A stretch of 61,913 bases of DNA, the filler included, from Globobulimina sp. (Eukaryota): NCBI GenBank assembly GCA_003354225.1. It is 29 parts of 29 records of this genome, joined end to end, with 100 filler letters (N's around TTAATTAATTAA, not from the genome) between each part and the next. Parts side by side here need not be neighbours in the genome. Positions count along the whole stretch, not along the records: positions 21,392 to 23,430 come from PIVH01009521.1; positions 23,531 to 25,569 come from PIVH01009522.1; positions 25,670 to 27,708 come from PIVH01009523.1; positions 27,809 to 29,846 come from PIVH01009524.1; positions 29,947 to 31,984 come from PIVH01009525.1; positions 32,085 to 34,122 come from PIVH01009526.1; positions 34,223 to 36,260 come from PIVH01009527.1; 22 more parts are not named here. The stretch is one strand, 5' to 3'. Shown one piece after another: positions 23,285 through 36,150 of the stretch. Made by a program: the position numbers and the translations under genes. Every line of letters starts with the position of its first letter. Position 1 is the first letter of the stretch. The notes beneath the pieces were generated by a model that saw only the letters and a list, made by a program, of their open reading frames with translations, did no database searches and was not told the origin of the DNA.

Positions 23285-23429
23285 AGAGCATCCGGTTTTC
23301 AGCGTCAGATTTTTATTGTTTCTGAGAAACGAAGGCAAACCTATATTATTTTTCCCTTTATCAGTCACCAGAAACGGTTTGCTTATACCTTACCCCAATA
23401 AAAATCTGACGCTGAAGACCGGATGCTCT
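23285..23429. mobile_element. MITE, PIF/Harbinger (Tourist)-like
   Basis: 34-bp TIR AGAGCATCCGGT(T/C)TTCAGCGTCAGATTTTTATTG with 1 mismatch; TTA on the left, and the right flank begins with T at the contig end. Confidence 0.8.
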
Positions 23430-23770
23430 TNNNNNNNNNNNNNNNNNNNNNNNNNNNNNNNNNNNNNNNNNNNNTTAATTAATTAANNNNNNNNNNNNNN
23501 NNNNNNNNNNNNNNNNNNNNNNNNNNNNNNTTAGTGGAATCATGGAAATTATTTTTTTCACGGAAATACAAAAATCGAAAAAAAGTACTGTTTTAGGAAA
23601 TTAAAAGTTTTGAGGAATCAAAAAAAGCCACACTTACAAAGTTGCATCGTTTCGAAAGTAGTAATACAGTTTGAAATATTTTTCTATATCAGCATCAGAT
23701 AATTATATCTATCATCAGAAGTGAGTAACTAGTTTTTAACAAGAATTCTGCCTCTCATTTTCTACTAAGC

Positions 23771-25569
23771 ATGTCTTTCCGCCCGCCATCCAGAAGCAAC
23801 AGACCCGTTTCAGGTTGGTTTGTTTAATTCAAATAAATAGAGAGTATATAACAAATTACAAAATAAAGACAGGAGTCCGAAGCAGTAATAGACCAAACAC
23901 AGGATATCGTCGTTTGGATACAGCAAACGGCCAAAAACCATTTGGGAGTCGAACGGTCGGTTTGGATACAAATGTCAAAATTGAAAACCGCCCAATCACA
24001 CAACATGGAATGAGTGGAATGAAAACATCATTAAAGGGACCAAACAGAAAAATTGCAGATCGCAATTATTATGAAAACAAATTAAAAGAAAAATTAATAT
24101 TTATTGTGAAAGAAACAGACACAATAAAAGAAAAAAGAAAAAATTATAATTCCGATAAAATACAAATTAACAAATTCGAGAAACAGCGAAATAAATTAAT
24201 GAATGAAGTCCGTGAATTTGAAGGAAAATTAGCAGATTACAACCTGGCTCTCGATAAAATGAGGAGTGGTGCTGACATTTTAAATTTACAACAAATAACA
24301 AAACAAACGCAACATAAAAATGAACAGGAAAAAATGCGCGTTGATGTAATATTTTTAGAGAGAAAAAGTTTAGAAACACAAATAAATGAAATTGAAAATA
24401 ATATATTAATAATATATAATGAAATGATGAGTGAAATAAGTGAAGGAGAGAGGGATGAATTTGATTCATTATATAATGAATATGAAAGAATGCGATGTTT
24501 GATTGCGGAAAAAGAAAAAAGTTTACATGGTATACAGTACAAATATCATGAAATCAGAGAAAGTTTATCGTCAAATGAATATTCACATCATTTGAAAGCA
24601 ATTGAATTACACAAAGAATTAAATCAGTTAAACAAACATAAAATTGAATTACAACAAGAACGCAATGGCTGTATTTCTATGGATCCACAACAAATTAAAC
24701 AGCAAATTCTAGACAAAGTAAAAAATGATAATAAGGTACCTAAACACATTTGTTTTTGTATATTATATTTTATATAAATTACGAATAATAAGGTATTGCA
24801 ACAAAGTATGGAAGCAATTAATTTAACGGACGATAAAATTGAAGAATTCCAAAATATTTTAAGTGCGAAAGAGAAAGATTTGAATACAATGAAAGAATTT
24901 ACAAAACAGAGTCATAAATATGAACAGTTATTTGATCGCGATGCAAAAATGCAAATATTTATCGATAAATTTGATGAGAATTTAAAAAATATACAAAAAG
25001 AAATTGCCGAAGTACAAGATGATAATAACGGGCTCACGTTACATATGTCGCAAAATGAAAACAAAGACGACATTTCATTGGAAAAACAAGAGACAAATGA
25101 AGAAAAAACAGTAGTTTATGATGAAAATGAATTAAAAAAAAGAGAGATTGAATTGGAAAAAATAAGTAAATTGGATAATAAAATTGGTGTTGAATTAGAA
25201 AATATTGATAAAAAAAGAAATGAATATGAAAATGACATGAATTCATTTAAAACGCACGAACAAATACAACATGAATATAAAAAACGGAAACAAGAATTAT
25301 TTAAAACAAAAATGGAACTGCAGCAAAATAAAGAATTAACTGAAAAAAATGTATTGGAAATTGCCCAGAAATCTGATAAAATTAATAGAAAATTAAATGA
25401 AAACGCATATCATAATCAATTAAAAGAAATGGAAATAAAAATTAGTAAATTATCCCAAAATATTTTTTCTGTACAGGAAAGTATTAATCAATATAAAAGA
25501 GAGGGGGACTATAAAACGATTGAAAAGCAAGTCATTAAAATGCAGCAAGGAATAAATGCTGCATTGTTG
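23771..25569 (+). CDS. IFT74: Intraflagellar transport protein 74 (introns 23814-23872 and 24736-24792; 3' truncated)
   Basis: RPITQHGMSGMKT..GPNRKIADRNYY and EFEGKLADYNL followed by a long coiled coil; both introns restore the frame. Confidence 0.92.
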
Positions 25570-25858
25570 NNNNNNNNNNNNNNNNNNNNNNNNNNNNNNN
25601 NNNNNNNNNNNNNTTAATTAATTAANNNNNNNNNNNNNNNNNNNNNNNNNNNNNNNNNNNNNNNNNNNNCCGAGGACGGTCTTTTTTGGCCTGTTTTGAA
25701 CGGACGTTATGTGTATCCTCGCCAGTAATTGGCTCGACCAACAATTGGTTGAACCAATTTCAATCGTCATTTAGTATTGACGTCAATCTTTCATTTCTCA
25801 TGCGTGCCGCGCTACTCGGAGATTTTTATGCCTCAATTTACGACCCGCCCGGAAATCC

Positions 25859-26389
25859 TTGGTAATTTTGGCGTCGTTACAACGACCCATTGGCGTAGAA
25901 ACCAATATGAATTTATCCATGTTATTTCGAATGACGCATCCCTTGCTATATAATACCAATCGATACCATCATCACCAACAATTATATGTATCTGGGCCGC
26001 TATTAATTGCCTTAACGCATAGCATTGCGAGCAAAGAGTTATACGAAGTGATCTATGAAGAATTATTAGATTCACATATTATAAATAAAGCATCACCAAA
26101 TGATTGCGTCTCGTGTATGACGTATATTGTTGACATAAATGATAGCAAATATGAATATTTTCAAGAAGTGGAATGTATTACTATTGGATTAAAAAATATT
26201 GATATTACGAATCAATTAAATAATGTTAAAATACCATCCTCATTATTTCGACCTGGAATATATCCGAGAGATGTTGAGAATATTTGTAACAAATTTATAC
26301 CGCAATTAAAAAATAAAATTGTGACTCATTCGTATAGGAAATTATTAAGACACAAACCCAAGGATGACACAATGATACCATTATTATAA
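25859..26389 (+). CDS. Hypothetical protein
   Basis: 176-aa ORF with no recognised motif. Confidence 0.4.
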   Translation: MVILASLQRPIGVETNMNLSMLFRMTHPLLYNTNRYHHHQQLYVSGPLLIALTHSIASKELYEVIYEELLDSHIINKASPNDCVSCMTYIVDINDSKYEYFQEVECITIGLKNIDITNQLNNVKIPSSLFRPGIYPRDVENICNKFIPQLKNKIVTHSYRKLLRHKPKDDTMIPLL

Positions 26390-26578
26390 CTTTCTGTATT
26401 TTCTATGTTAGACACTTTCTTTTCTTTTGTTTTATAATTATATATTAGACGTACAAGTGACAAGTCAAGCAAAATAATATTAATAGTAACTGCATAAAGC
26501 GACTTGAAATGATCTAAGCTTATAATTTAGTGTAGAAGTACACCTTAAGTTTTTGAAGAAACCACAAGAATTTAAACC

Positions 26579-27708
26579 ATGACAGAGTTTAAACCACAAG
26601 AATTTAAACAAGCAATAACTGGAATGAGGAATGCTGAAAAACAATCCGATAATGCATTGAATACTGCATTGCAGGATAATGTTGAAACTAACAAGAAATT
26701 AAATGCAATCGCGAAAGATACTGATGGATTAATGGCAAAAATCCATCAAATTGGTAATCGATTAGCTGATCCACATCAACGATCTGAAAAAATGCAGGCA
26801 AGAAAAGAAGCAAGAATACAGAAAAAAATACAACGCCAAGCAGAGAAAACTCAGCAATTAATTAACTTTTGGACCACAAAATTTATAAAACATATTGAAA
26901 TAAATAATATTTATGATGATGACATGAGAAACGATGATGAGACATTGAAACAAATTGAAATAAAATTACAAAAATATGGTGTTGATACTGATGAATTGTT
27001 TAAAAATAGAAAAGATATAACCCATATTCATAAAGTAAATAATATAAATAATACAATTAATATCGATAAGAATAATGAAGAGGAAAAGGAAGAGTTAGAG
27101 GATGATGATGAGGAACAACTAAAAAAGCTTGAAACTATTCCATTCGTTGATGTCGATTATGTTGATGTTGATGATGAAGTGGTTGATGTTGATACTCATA
27201 TTGGTATTGACATTATTGACATTGAGAAATATAATTTTAAACCATCACACAATGCATATCCTGGTCTCTCAAATGTTAAACCAGTGAGTTCATTGAGCGT
27301 ATATGAACCAATTAAATCAATTAAACCAGAAACAGAGAAACCAGAAACAGAGAAACCAGCTCATGATCAAAATAAAAATAATAATAACATTGCTAGCAAT
27401 GCCTATGTTTATCCATCAATGAATACATTTAAATTAAAAACAAATTTTACAAAATATGTACCAATCAATCCATCAAATTATGATAATAATAAGAATAACA
27501 GTAACAATAATACAACAGCTCCAAATTATAACTATATGGCACCAAATAAACCATTAACTAATTATTATCCATCAATAAATTTGAAACCTATGCCAACATT
27601 TAAAAAATATGAACCAATGAATGCAAATGATGTTCAAAGTCAGACTGAAACAAATAAGCAAACAAATGACAATGATTATGAAATGAGTGAAGATGATTTG
27701 CTGGACGA
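26579..27708 (+). CDS. Hypothetical protein with coiled coil and N/D/P-rich low complexity (truncated)
   Basis: Long ORF open to the contig end. Confidence 0.6.
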
Positions 27709-27808
27709 NNNNNNNNNNNNNNNNNNNNNNNNNNNNNNNNNNNNNNNNNNNNTTAATTAATTAANNNNNNNNNNNNNNNNNNNNNNNNNNNNNNNNNNNN
27801 NNNNNNNN

Positions 27809-28584
27809 TTAATGAATACTAATTCTGCTGGATATACTGTGCCATTATCAGCCACTAATTTTTCTTTGATATCAATTTTCTTCTTTGTGTCACATTTTAC
27901 ATCATCGTTATCAAGTTTATTTTGTATGTGTCCATCTATTATACATTTAGATATTATCATTAATTGATGTTAAAAAATATGAAAAGAACGATACCATATA
28001 ACATCATTTTAAATCTCTCAAATAGCATATGATCTTTTTTTGATTTCAATTTCATATATCTGAGAAACAATATTATATCTTTAAATTTGTTGATAACTTA
28101 CAAAACAAAATCATATATATATATACTAAACAATTCCTTTGCATCTAAACCAAACGCATCAACATTTCCATCTTTATCCAATAAAATGATTGTTTTCTGT
28201 TTTATAACATCTCTATATTTATCTGAATTCCATTCACTGTGAACCAACACTTTATCGTCAATAGCATATGCCAGACCTATATTGTATTCTAGTTTTTATA
28301 GCATATGCCAAATGTTTATAGTTTTTATGCTTAGAAAGTATATGTTGATTTTTTTGGCGTTGTTCCTGCTTCATTTGGTTAAATATTCATCGATAAAGAC
28401 AGTTCAGACACACCGAGAGTGTCACATGTTTTCATAAAAAATCAGTCACGAATTCCCACATACTCTCAGCATATCTGATTTTTTTTGCTAGAAATAAAAT
28501 TATCAAATCATATTTCATACCCAATCCGTCTGTTCCAAAATCCACTGCAATATGCAATTCGAATCCCGCATCTTCTTGTGTCAT
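27809..28584 (-). CDS. HSPA12-like atypical Hsp70, 5' exons (first intron 28520-28277, further short introns downstream)
   Basis: Spliced translation: MTQEDAGFELHIAVDFGTDGLG/LAYAIDDKV...KQKTIILLDKDGNVDAFGLDAK...ERFKMMLY...LVADNGTVYPAELVF. Confidence 0.8.
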
Positions 28585-29946
28585 TGTCACTATATATTAG
28601 ACTAGTACCAACTAAGTTCGAACCTTGATAAGTTAAGACAATGGCTTCTTCACGGTCACTTCTAGTTGAGATTGGATTTTTAAACTACGATAGCAGTTTC
28701 TATACGAAATATTTATGAAACATAAGCATATGCTATATTAGTTTAAAACCCATCTAAAAAACAACAGGCGATTCGTAAATCCGTCGTCATAATAAAATCA
28801 AAAATAAACAATATATATGGTATAAAGAAAATTTAATTGTTGTTTGTTTGAGGTGGTTGCTTCAATTACGAGAGAGTTTCCGTTTAACGCTAAAACGTTA
28901 TGCGTGAACGAGAGCGGTGCGCGCTTTGAAAATTATAATTATGTTTGTTGATATGGATATAGATATTTATATTTAAAATCGGTAACTTATCATTTAATCC
29001 AAATAATTCAGTGTTAGATATAGATATTACTGAGTTAAATACACAGCAATTGGATGAAAGCTTAATTATTTCGTATGAAAACAATACAAATTTGGATTTA
29101 AGTTTGGATTTTAATATGGTGGAAGAAGTAGGAGATATTACGAAGTTATTAGAGGACAACGAAGAAGATATAAACGCCAATTTATTAGATCTGTTTGATT
29201 GTTACATATTATATGATGTAAGAGACTCCCTCTAAATTATTGCAATTTAGAATTTTGTAGCGTTGTGATGAAAATATAGTCTCTAAATCATCATATAATA
29301 ATAATTGAATGGGTTTAATCATTTGTAAAAGTGCAAAAAAGCTCTAAAAGTATTGTATTTGTTATTTTGTATGTTTTTTTGTTGTTTTTTTTATTTTATT
29401 TTTTTTATAATTGTTATCTCAACAATTATTCATATATAAATAATGCATTACTATTAAATCGACAAACCCTTTTTTTGAATATTTTCTTTCTTACATTCTA
29501 TTTTTTTATTTTATTTAATAACGGCAACTATGAGAGGAAGGATATGAATTGTTTCTATTTATGAATAAAACATATTATATTGCAACTGTGCATATATATT
29601 TTTTTACAATTTTATTTGGTTTTTTGTTATATGTTATTTTGTTTTATATTTTGCAGGAGTTTCTGCACATTTCAAAATAATTTGTGTTAAGAAAAACATT
29701 ATATTATGATTTTTGGATTCTGCACCGCTTTGTGCAGTTTATTTATTTTTCCAATCCATATCTTATGATTATATTTATTGTTTTTCATGTTTTTTTTTTT
29801 TATTTGGTTATTGTTATTTATTTTTATGTTGTGGTATTGTTGGGGGNNNNNNNNNNNNNNNNNNNNNNNNNNNNNNNNNNNNNNNNNNNNTTAATTAATT
29901 AANNNNNNNNNNNNNNNNNNNNNNNNNNNNNNNNNNNNNNNNNNNN

Positions 29947-31968
29947 TTGGTGTTTTTTTTGTTTTTTATTCTTTTGCTTTTCTTTTTTTTGCAATTCGTG
30001 TTCGGCTGAAATATTTTTCTTGATTCCATACAATGTAAAACACCAAATTGCTTCTCGTGGCAATGAGGAATAATACAAATCACTATTCGCCGTAGAAAAT
30101 GTGCACTGCTCTTTGGGCATTTTGATATTATCCGACATCATCGCAGTCGGTATCCGAATGTCCCACGAACATTCTTCAAACACTTCGGTGCCAAACATCA
30201 ACTCAATGCGTAGTATGTACGTAAAATAGACATTGAATTCATTCTTTATGCGTGGACAAATGGTGATATTTTTTAATGATTTGATATTAAAAACGATTTC
30301 GTGCTCAAATTCTGATAAACGGACAGCTTCATTTTCAACGCGTTGCCATTCAATGTCGTATTCGTTCTCCTGCTCTTTTAACAGATCACCGAAGCCAAAG
30401 GTCGGTGTGTCTGCAAGCACCGAGGTCTGGGCACCGGCATTAAACACCGATGGGATTTGCTTTTGGATATATAACAGCTCATTACTTATATCGTCGTTTA
30501 ACCGCCTCAGGGATGACTTTATTTTATTATCATTTATAGTCTCTTGAATGGTGTCCGCAATGCAGTTATATCCTTTGTCTTGATATGGCAATGCAGCGTC
30601 AATTAATTTTAACTCTGACATTTGTCCCAACGAATATGCTTTGTATTTCTTATTGTCATATTCAGTCAATTTGTTATCATAAATCAACACCAACTGCGCA
30701 TTATGCATACGATGCAGCGGATCATTGCTCTGATTTTGCCGAATCTCATTCCTTATAAAGCTCAACGACATAATCTTAACATGATTGCTCTGGCCATCAT
30801 TTTTCAAATATTCCTCCCGCCCACAAACTTTCAGTATAAAACAATGCCGATCCAATTTCAGCAAAAAGTCCAAATATGTTTCGTGCTCACTGCGCGATTC
30901 AAGTTGCAACGCCAAATTATCCACACCCATTTTCACAGTGGTTTCATGTCCAAATACTAGCTCAACATAATAATCGCTCGAGTCTTTGATGAATTTACCC
31001 GATATCAACCTACTCATATTGTACTTGACCGATATGACATAATGTTTTGATTTGGCAGTCAGCGGCAAAGCCAACGAAGATAACATGGTCGGATACATGA
31101 CGTCCTTTAACGGCGGGACTAACTTTGTATAATTTATATGTTCGCATTGCTTGTGATACACTTTGACATATTCATTATCAAAGTCCCAACCTGCATTGTT
31201 ATCAAATGCTAGCATGGAATTTATCATTTTTGCACTTTCCTCGTATCGTTTGCTGACATTATGATTGAACCATAAATCTTTCACACTGTCTCGCTTCTTG
31301 CCATCCAATGGCAATGAGACCAACTTATGTTTTACGTCAATATGTTCAATGTATTGCGTAGGCGATGGCTCCTGTTCTGGTGCCGGACTGTCTTCGTCAT
31401 TGACTGTCACCGCATCATCGTCAATCACATCCAATTGCAATTTGAAATCGAGTTCGCGTTCGAGTGGATTCAGACCGATCATGTTTGCCATATCATCATT
31501 GGTATAAAATTTGCTCCGCCGATGTTGGCTTCGAGGGGGCTGAACACCGTCGATTTTATCCATAAAGGAACAGTCATTAATGGCTGACGACATTGTTGGA
31601 GTATAGACGATGGTATCACTGTTTCTTCGCACTCGCGGTGGCTTTTCGTGCTCTTTCTCTTTCTCTTCCTCTTCGTGTTCCTGTTCCTGTTGTATATCAT
31701 CTCTTTTTTCATCACTTGGAAGCATTATTATTGGTGGTACAAATTTGTGTACACTCTGTACACTTTCTGTACGATTCTGTACTATATTTTGTCGTATTTT
31801 TGCTACTTTTGGGGCACTTCCAACTATTTTGTTTATCATTTCATTCTGTTGATTTTGTAAGATTTCATCGTTGGTTTCATCGTTGAATGGTACTGGTTTC
31901 ATCGTTGGTTTTGTGGATTGTTTCACCGCTGGTTCACTCATATTGGCTCTGTTATTGTTCCTATTCAT
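29947..31968 (-). CDS. Class I-like phosphoinositide 3-kinase, N-terminal region (RBD and C2; truncated)
   Basis: FILKVCGREEYL (RBD) and LYYSSLPREAIWCFTLYG (PI3K C2). Confidence 0.8.
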
Positions 31969-32123
31969 ATTATTATTATTATGGNNNNNNNNNNNNNNNN
32001 NNNNNNNNNNNNNNNNNNNNNNNNNNNNTTAATTAATTAANNNNNNNNNNNNNNNNNNNNNNNNNNNNNNNNNNNNNNNNNNNNTCAAAAAAAACACAAA
32101 TTGATAGTGTATGGTATGGATTA

Positions 32124-33703
32124 ATGTTTTATGCCATCCAATTTCTGGTTGTTGCAAGCGATATTAATGTATTTGTGGAAATAATGTTGAACAATGAGCC
32201 TGGAATCTGTACAGATTTATTGCCTGGATTCTGTCCATCGCATTTGTTATGTCCAAAAATATTACGAAATCCAAACAATATCCGAGATAAACGGTCCTAT
32301 TGTCCCGATATTAAAGTCGTATTAGATTTGCCGCCATTTAATGAAATCAGAGATTATAAACAATCATTATACGACCGTGCCAACTCGCAGTTTGATGGTG
32401 GTGGCGAACTGAAGCCTGAATCCATAAGCATTGACAAGAAAGTATGCCGTTTGCAATGTGAGATTGAATTGGATCAACATACAGAAGTGGTGGGGAGTGT
32501 ATTTGACATCGCATTCGACGGCAAGATCACCACAGATATTGCTTATTTAGAGCCGCAGCATATTGCCATGGAGAATGGTTTCCAGATTGGAATGATTTAT
32601 GGGCCATCGGGCAGTGGCAAAACAACCACTGGCGAACGCTTGTTTGGAAGGATTAATGTGTTTCAATGGGATGGAAATAAACGAATCTGTCAACATTTCA
32701 GATCGTTGCAGGATATGGAGGAGAAGTTCGAAGCCTGTTCGTTGAGTGTCACGTTGGGTTTGAGCACATACTCACAATTATCGCAAGGCGAACAGGATCG
32801 GGTTAATATTGCTATACAGTTAGGACGGGATAGCATATTAATTGATGAGTTTACATCTAATTTGGATCGGGCGACTGCGAAGAAATTAGCGTTGGGGGTT
32901 GGAGCTTATATTCGTTGTCGTGTCATTGTGATTTCATTGCCGAGTTACAACCAAATTGGTTGTTTGATATCGAACATAAAAAAGTAAGGAGATATATGGT
33001 TAGTTCTGCACTTAGGCCGCCGTTATATGATAATAATAGGAATAGAATGGAACAAAAACATGAATATATTGATCATGAAACCATGTGGAAACTACCAGTG
33101 ATTCGGTTATATTTACGACCGACATTTTGGAACGATTTTAAACCAAAATTCTCCAAATTTCATTACATGACATCAGATATAGCTGTGTCTGCGTTGTGTT
33201 TTACAGTGTGGGCGGATTTTAAAGGCGGGGAAGCAAGAAATGAGCAGGAAATTGTTGGATTTATCAGTGTAATGAGCAATCCGTTTGTCGATACCCCACA
33301 TATGACAGACGAGCACAGGTTTCATTTTCGTGAACATCGCACTGTCATATTACCGGCATATCAAGGCTTGGGATTTGGTTCTCGAGTATGTGATGCCGTG
33401 GCGACCTATTTAGCAATGTATGGCAAACGATTGCAATCAAAAACTGCGCATCCTCGTTATGGCAAATATAGAGATAACTCACCGTTGTGGATGGCATTGG
33501 GGACAAATCATCAGAGACAGAAAAGAAATAAATGGAAAAATGAATCGGAGCGGAGAAGAGGAGTAAAAACAGAATCTGAAGAGCAAGGTAAAATATTTTA
33601 TTCTCATGTGTTCAAATTAAAACATCAAAGAAGTGCAGAGGATCAACAATATTTGGATCAAAGGGTTATTGTTGTTAAAAAAAATATGGATTCATTTGAT
33701 TGA
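32124..33703 (+). CDS. Soluble ABC ATPase + GNAT (Mom-like) acetyltransferase, split into two overlapping frames at ~32915
   Basis: Walker A GPSGSGKT, signature LSQGE, Walker B/D-loop ILIDEFTSNLDR. The -1 frame supplies the H-loop SCHCDF...LQPNW, then FHY, REHRTVILPAYQGLGFG and KTAHP. Confidence 0.85.
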
Positions 33704-33912
33704 TTGATAATGTGCCATTTTGTTGTTGTGTTTTTTTATTGTGTCAAAGATTTCATTGTGTCTTAAATGTCATAATACTTTCTATTTATTAACTTTCTAT
33801 TTATCCGACCCTGAAAACTGTAAAATTGGAAAACTGTTCGTACCATCGACCATTTTGCAGACACAGTCAAATATTTGAAAGCAAACACAGTCATATATTA
33901 AGCGCAACAGTC

Positions 33913-34122
33913 ATGATGAGCTCTCGCTTCTGTGTAAATATTATTAATTATAACTTGTGTTTATTGTAGCACAGCACAGAAATACATCTTTGCTAATAAA
34001 TCATTAGCATTTGCTGATGCAGACGCGTATTGCTCATTTAATTATGGTACATCTTTGGCATCAATACACAACCAAGTTGACAATGAAGAGGCAAAATCAT
34101 TATGTTCAAACAATACACTAAA
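33913..34122 (+). CDS. Secreted C-type lectin domain protein, 5' part (1-nt frame break in the signal peptide)
   Basis: ILLIITCVYCSTAQKYIFANKSLAFADADAYCSFNYGTSLASIHNQVDNEEAKSLC matches the CTLD pattern 'A..yC....g.LAsI.n..eN'. Confidence 0.75.
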
Positions 34123-34222
34123 NNNNNNNNNNNNNNNNNNNNNNNNNNNNNNNNNNNNNNNNNNNNTTAATTAATTAANNNNNNNNNNNNNNNNNNNNNN
34201 NNNNNNNNNNNNNNNNNNNNNN

Positions 34223-34399
34223 TATGGCCATATCGATTTTAAACTGGGCACAACCTTAGGAATTATACAAGCAATAGGCGTTGTGATGGGTGCCTGGATT
34301 GCCCATAAGATTCCCGCAAAGCAATTGCGTCAAACTGTGGCTATAGCACTCGTTAGTGTTGGCCTGTTTTTAATAGGCCGAACACTTTTAGGTGTATGA
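34223..34399 (+). CDS. Bacterial TauE/SafE (TSUP) membrane protein, C-terminus
   Basis: YGHIDFKLGTTLGIIQAIGVVMGAWIAHKIPAKQLRQTVAIALVSVGLFL. Confidence 0.75.
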   Translation, partial: YGHIDFKLGTTLGIIQAIGVVMGAWIAHKIPAKQLRQTVAIALVSVGLFLIGRTLLGV

Positions 34400-34803
34400 T
34401 CCCCCATAGTTTTCAGTATAGAGGCTTCACTTGGTGTACAGAATACCGAGGGAAGATAGGGTCACCTGTTAAAATGTATTGAGTGCCTGACCTACTGAGA
34501 CTGATTTACTGAGAATCATATAAGTAGCGATTAATTTTGAATCTACTCAACAAAATTGATAATTATAATCAAATGCGTTTTTGCAGAATTGGTTCATATG
34601 AACCGATAATGGTGGTGCATATGAACCATATACCTAATTTTACATGCAAAATAATGAATACTAATACCTCCAAACGCATTGGTAATCGGTCTTATCCCAA
34701 ATAAAAAGCAGACAGGTATTCTTTTTGCAACCTTATTTTTGCAACCATGGTTATTATGATTAATTGATGAGCCCAAACAGGGGTGGAATAAAGGATAAAG
34801 CCT

Positions 34804-35004
34804 ATGACATACAAACCCTCGACATGTCCTCACTGTGGTGGAATGGAGTTTCATCCTTGCCAAGATGCATATGTAAACAGCATACTTTACCAGGCGAGCG
34901 TACTGGTTATTTGCCAGAAGTGTTACAATCTCATGGTAGTTAAACCTAGCCCGGCAATATCCTCGAAAGAGGCAAATCAACAACACTATTCGATTACAAA
35001 ATGA
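34804..35004 (+). CDS. Small zinc-ribbon protein (bacterial)
   Basis: CPHC...CQKC; AAGGA RBS-like sequence upstream. Confidence 0.5.
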   Translation: MTYKPSTCPHCGGMEFHPCQDAYVNSILYQASVLVICQKCYNLMVVKPSPAISSKEANQQHYSITK

Positions 35005-35431
35005 CATATTGTTTTAACACCATGTTATCTTTTAATAAATATAATAAAACTCAATGAGAATTGTTCTATGGATAACTGCAATCATACATCTGAAGTATCA
35101 CTTATACCATTTTTAATCCTGATAAAGATTTGACGATATTTAAAATTTTAAGAAGTCGGGACTTCTGACTAAAATCACTGCCATACCTTAGGTAGGTGTC
35201 GTGTAATTATTCTCCCCAAAAAAAGTTATTTAGGTATATTAAATCACAATAATTTATATTTTTTCATATCTCTTTACAGGTATCAGAGATGTTGATATGC
35301 CATTGTAAATCAGACTTTTAATTCATTTGGTCGGATGATATTTAAAATTACAAGGTATTCAGGACTAGCCATTAACAGGTTAGGCCTCAATAGCATATCT
35401 AAGATATGAATATGTTGGAAAGTTATAAATT

Positions 35432-35929
35432 ATGGCAAGGCTGAAACAACAATACAAAGGAAACGGCTTTTATGGAATTGGTATCCTAAACAATGCGAAT
35501 GAATTTAACATCGGCACGTTGTGGCGGTCTGCATATATCTTGGGGGCATCTTTTATTTTTACGGTAACAAAGAAATATAAGCCTCAAAGCAGTGATGTAA
35601 CCAAAGCATGGACAAAGATCCCTTTATATCATTATACAACGATCGATGAATTAAAAAACAACTTACCCCATTCAACAAAATTAATTGGTGTTGAAATGGC
35701 AAAGCAGTCAATCCCTTTAAGTCAATTTGAACATCCAATTAGGTGCGTCTATTTACTTGGGAATGAACGATTTGGCTTATCTGATAATATTCTTAACGCG
35801 TGTGAGTCAGTCATAAAACTGCCGGGAGAGTTCAGCCTGAATGTGGCTGTAGCCGGTAGTATACTAATGTATGATAGAGTGTCAAAAATGAGGGACTCCA
35901 TTTGTGACTTGAGTGATAGAACTCAATAA
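35432..35929 (+). CDS. SpoU/TrmH family RNA 2'-O-methyltransferase (bacterial)
   Basis: NIGTLWRSA, LLGNERFGL and SLNVAVAGSILMYDR SPOUT motifs. Confidence 0.93.
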   Translation: MARLKQQYKGNGFYGIGILNNANEFNIGTLWRSAYILGASFIFTVTKKYKPQSSDVTKAWTKIPLYHYTTIDELKNNLPHSTKLIGVEMAKQSIPLSQFEHPIRCVYLLGNERFGLSDNILNACESVIKLPGEFSLNVAVAGSILMYDRVSKMRDSICDLSDRTQ

Positions 35930-36150
35930 TGACCCTGCTGCCGGAAAAACAGAGAATGTTAACGGTTTAACTATATTTTCTGATAATGTTAATTGAGTAC
36001 ATTTGCCCACATTCAAACTTATATTATGTTAAACCATAGAATAATCAATATTACTAAAAGGTTATGTTAGTCATTTTTTTTGCACTTATTTTATAGACTT
36101 GGTAAACTAATCACTCATAATTGATTATTATTCAATATAGGAGTTGCAAA

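Noticed and set aside
29331-29902. Phe/Leu/Tyr-rich short ORFs (also 56062-56355 and 43719-44129)
   Set aside because: T-rich non-coding DNA gives spurious hydrophobic ORFs
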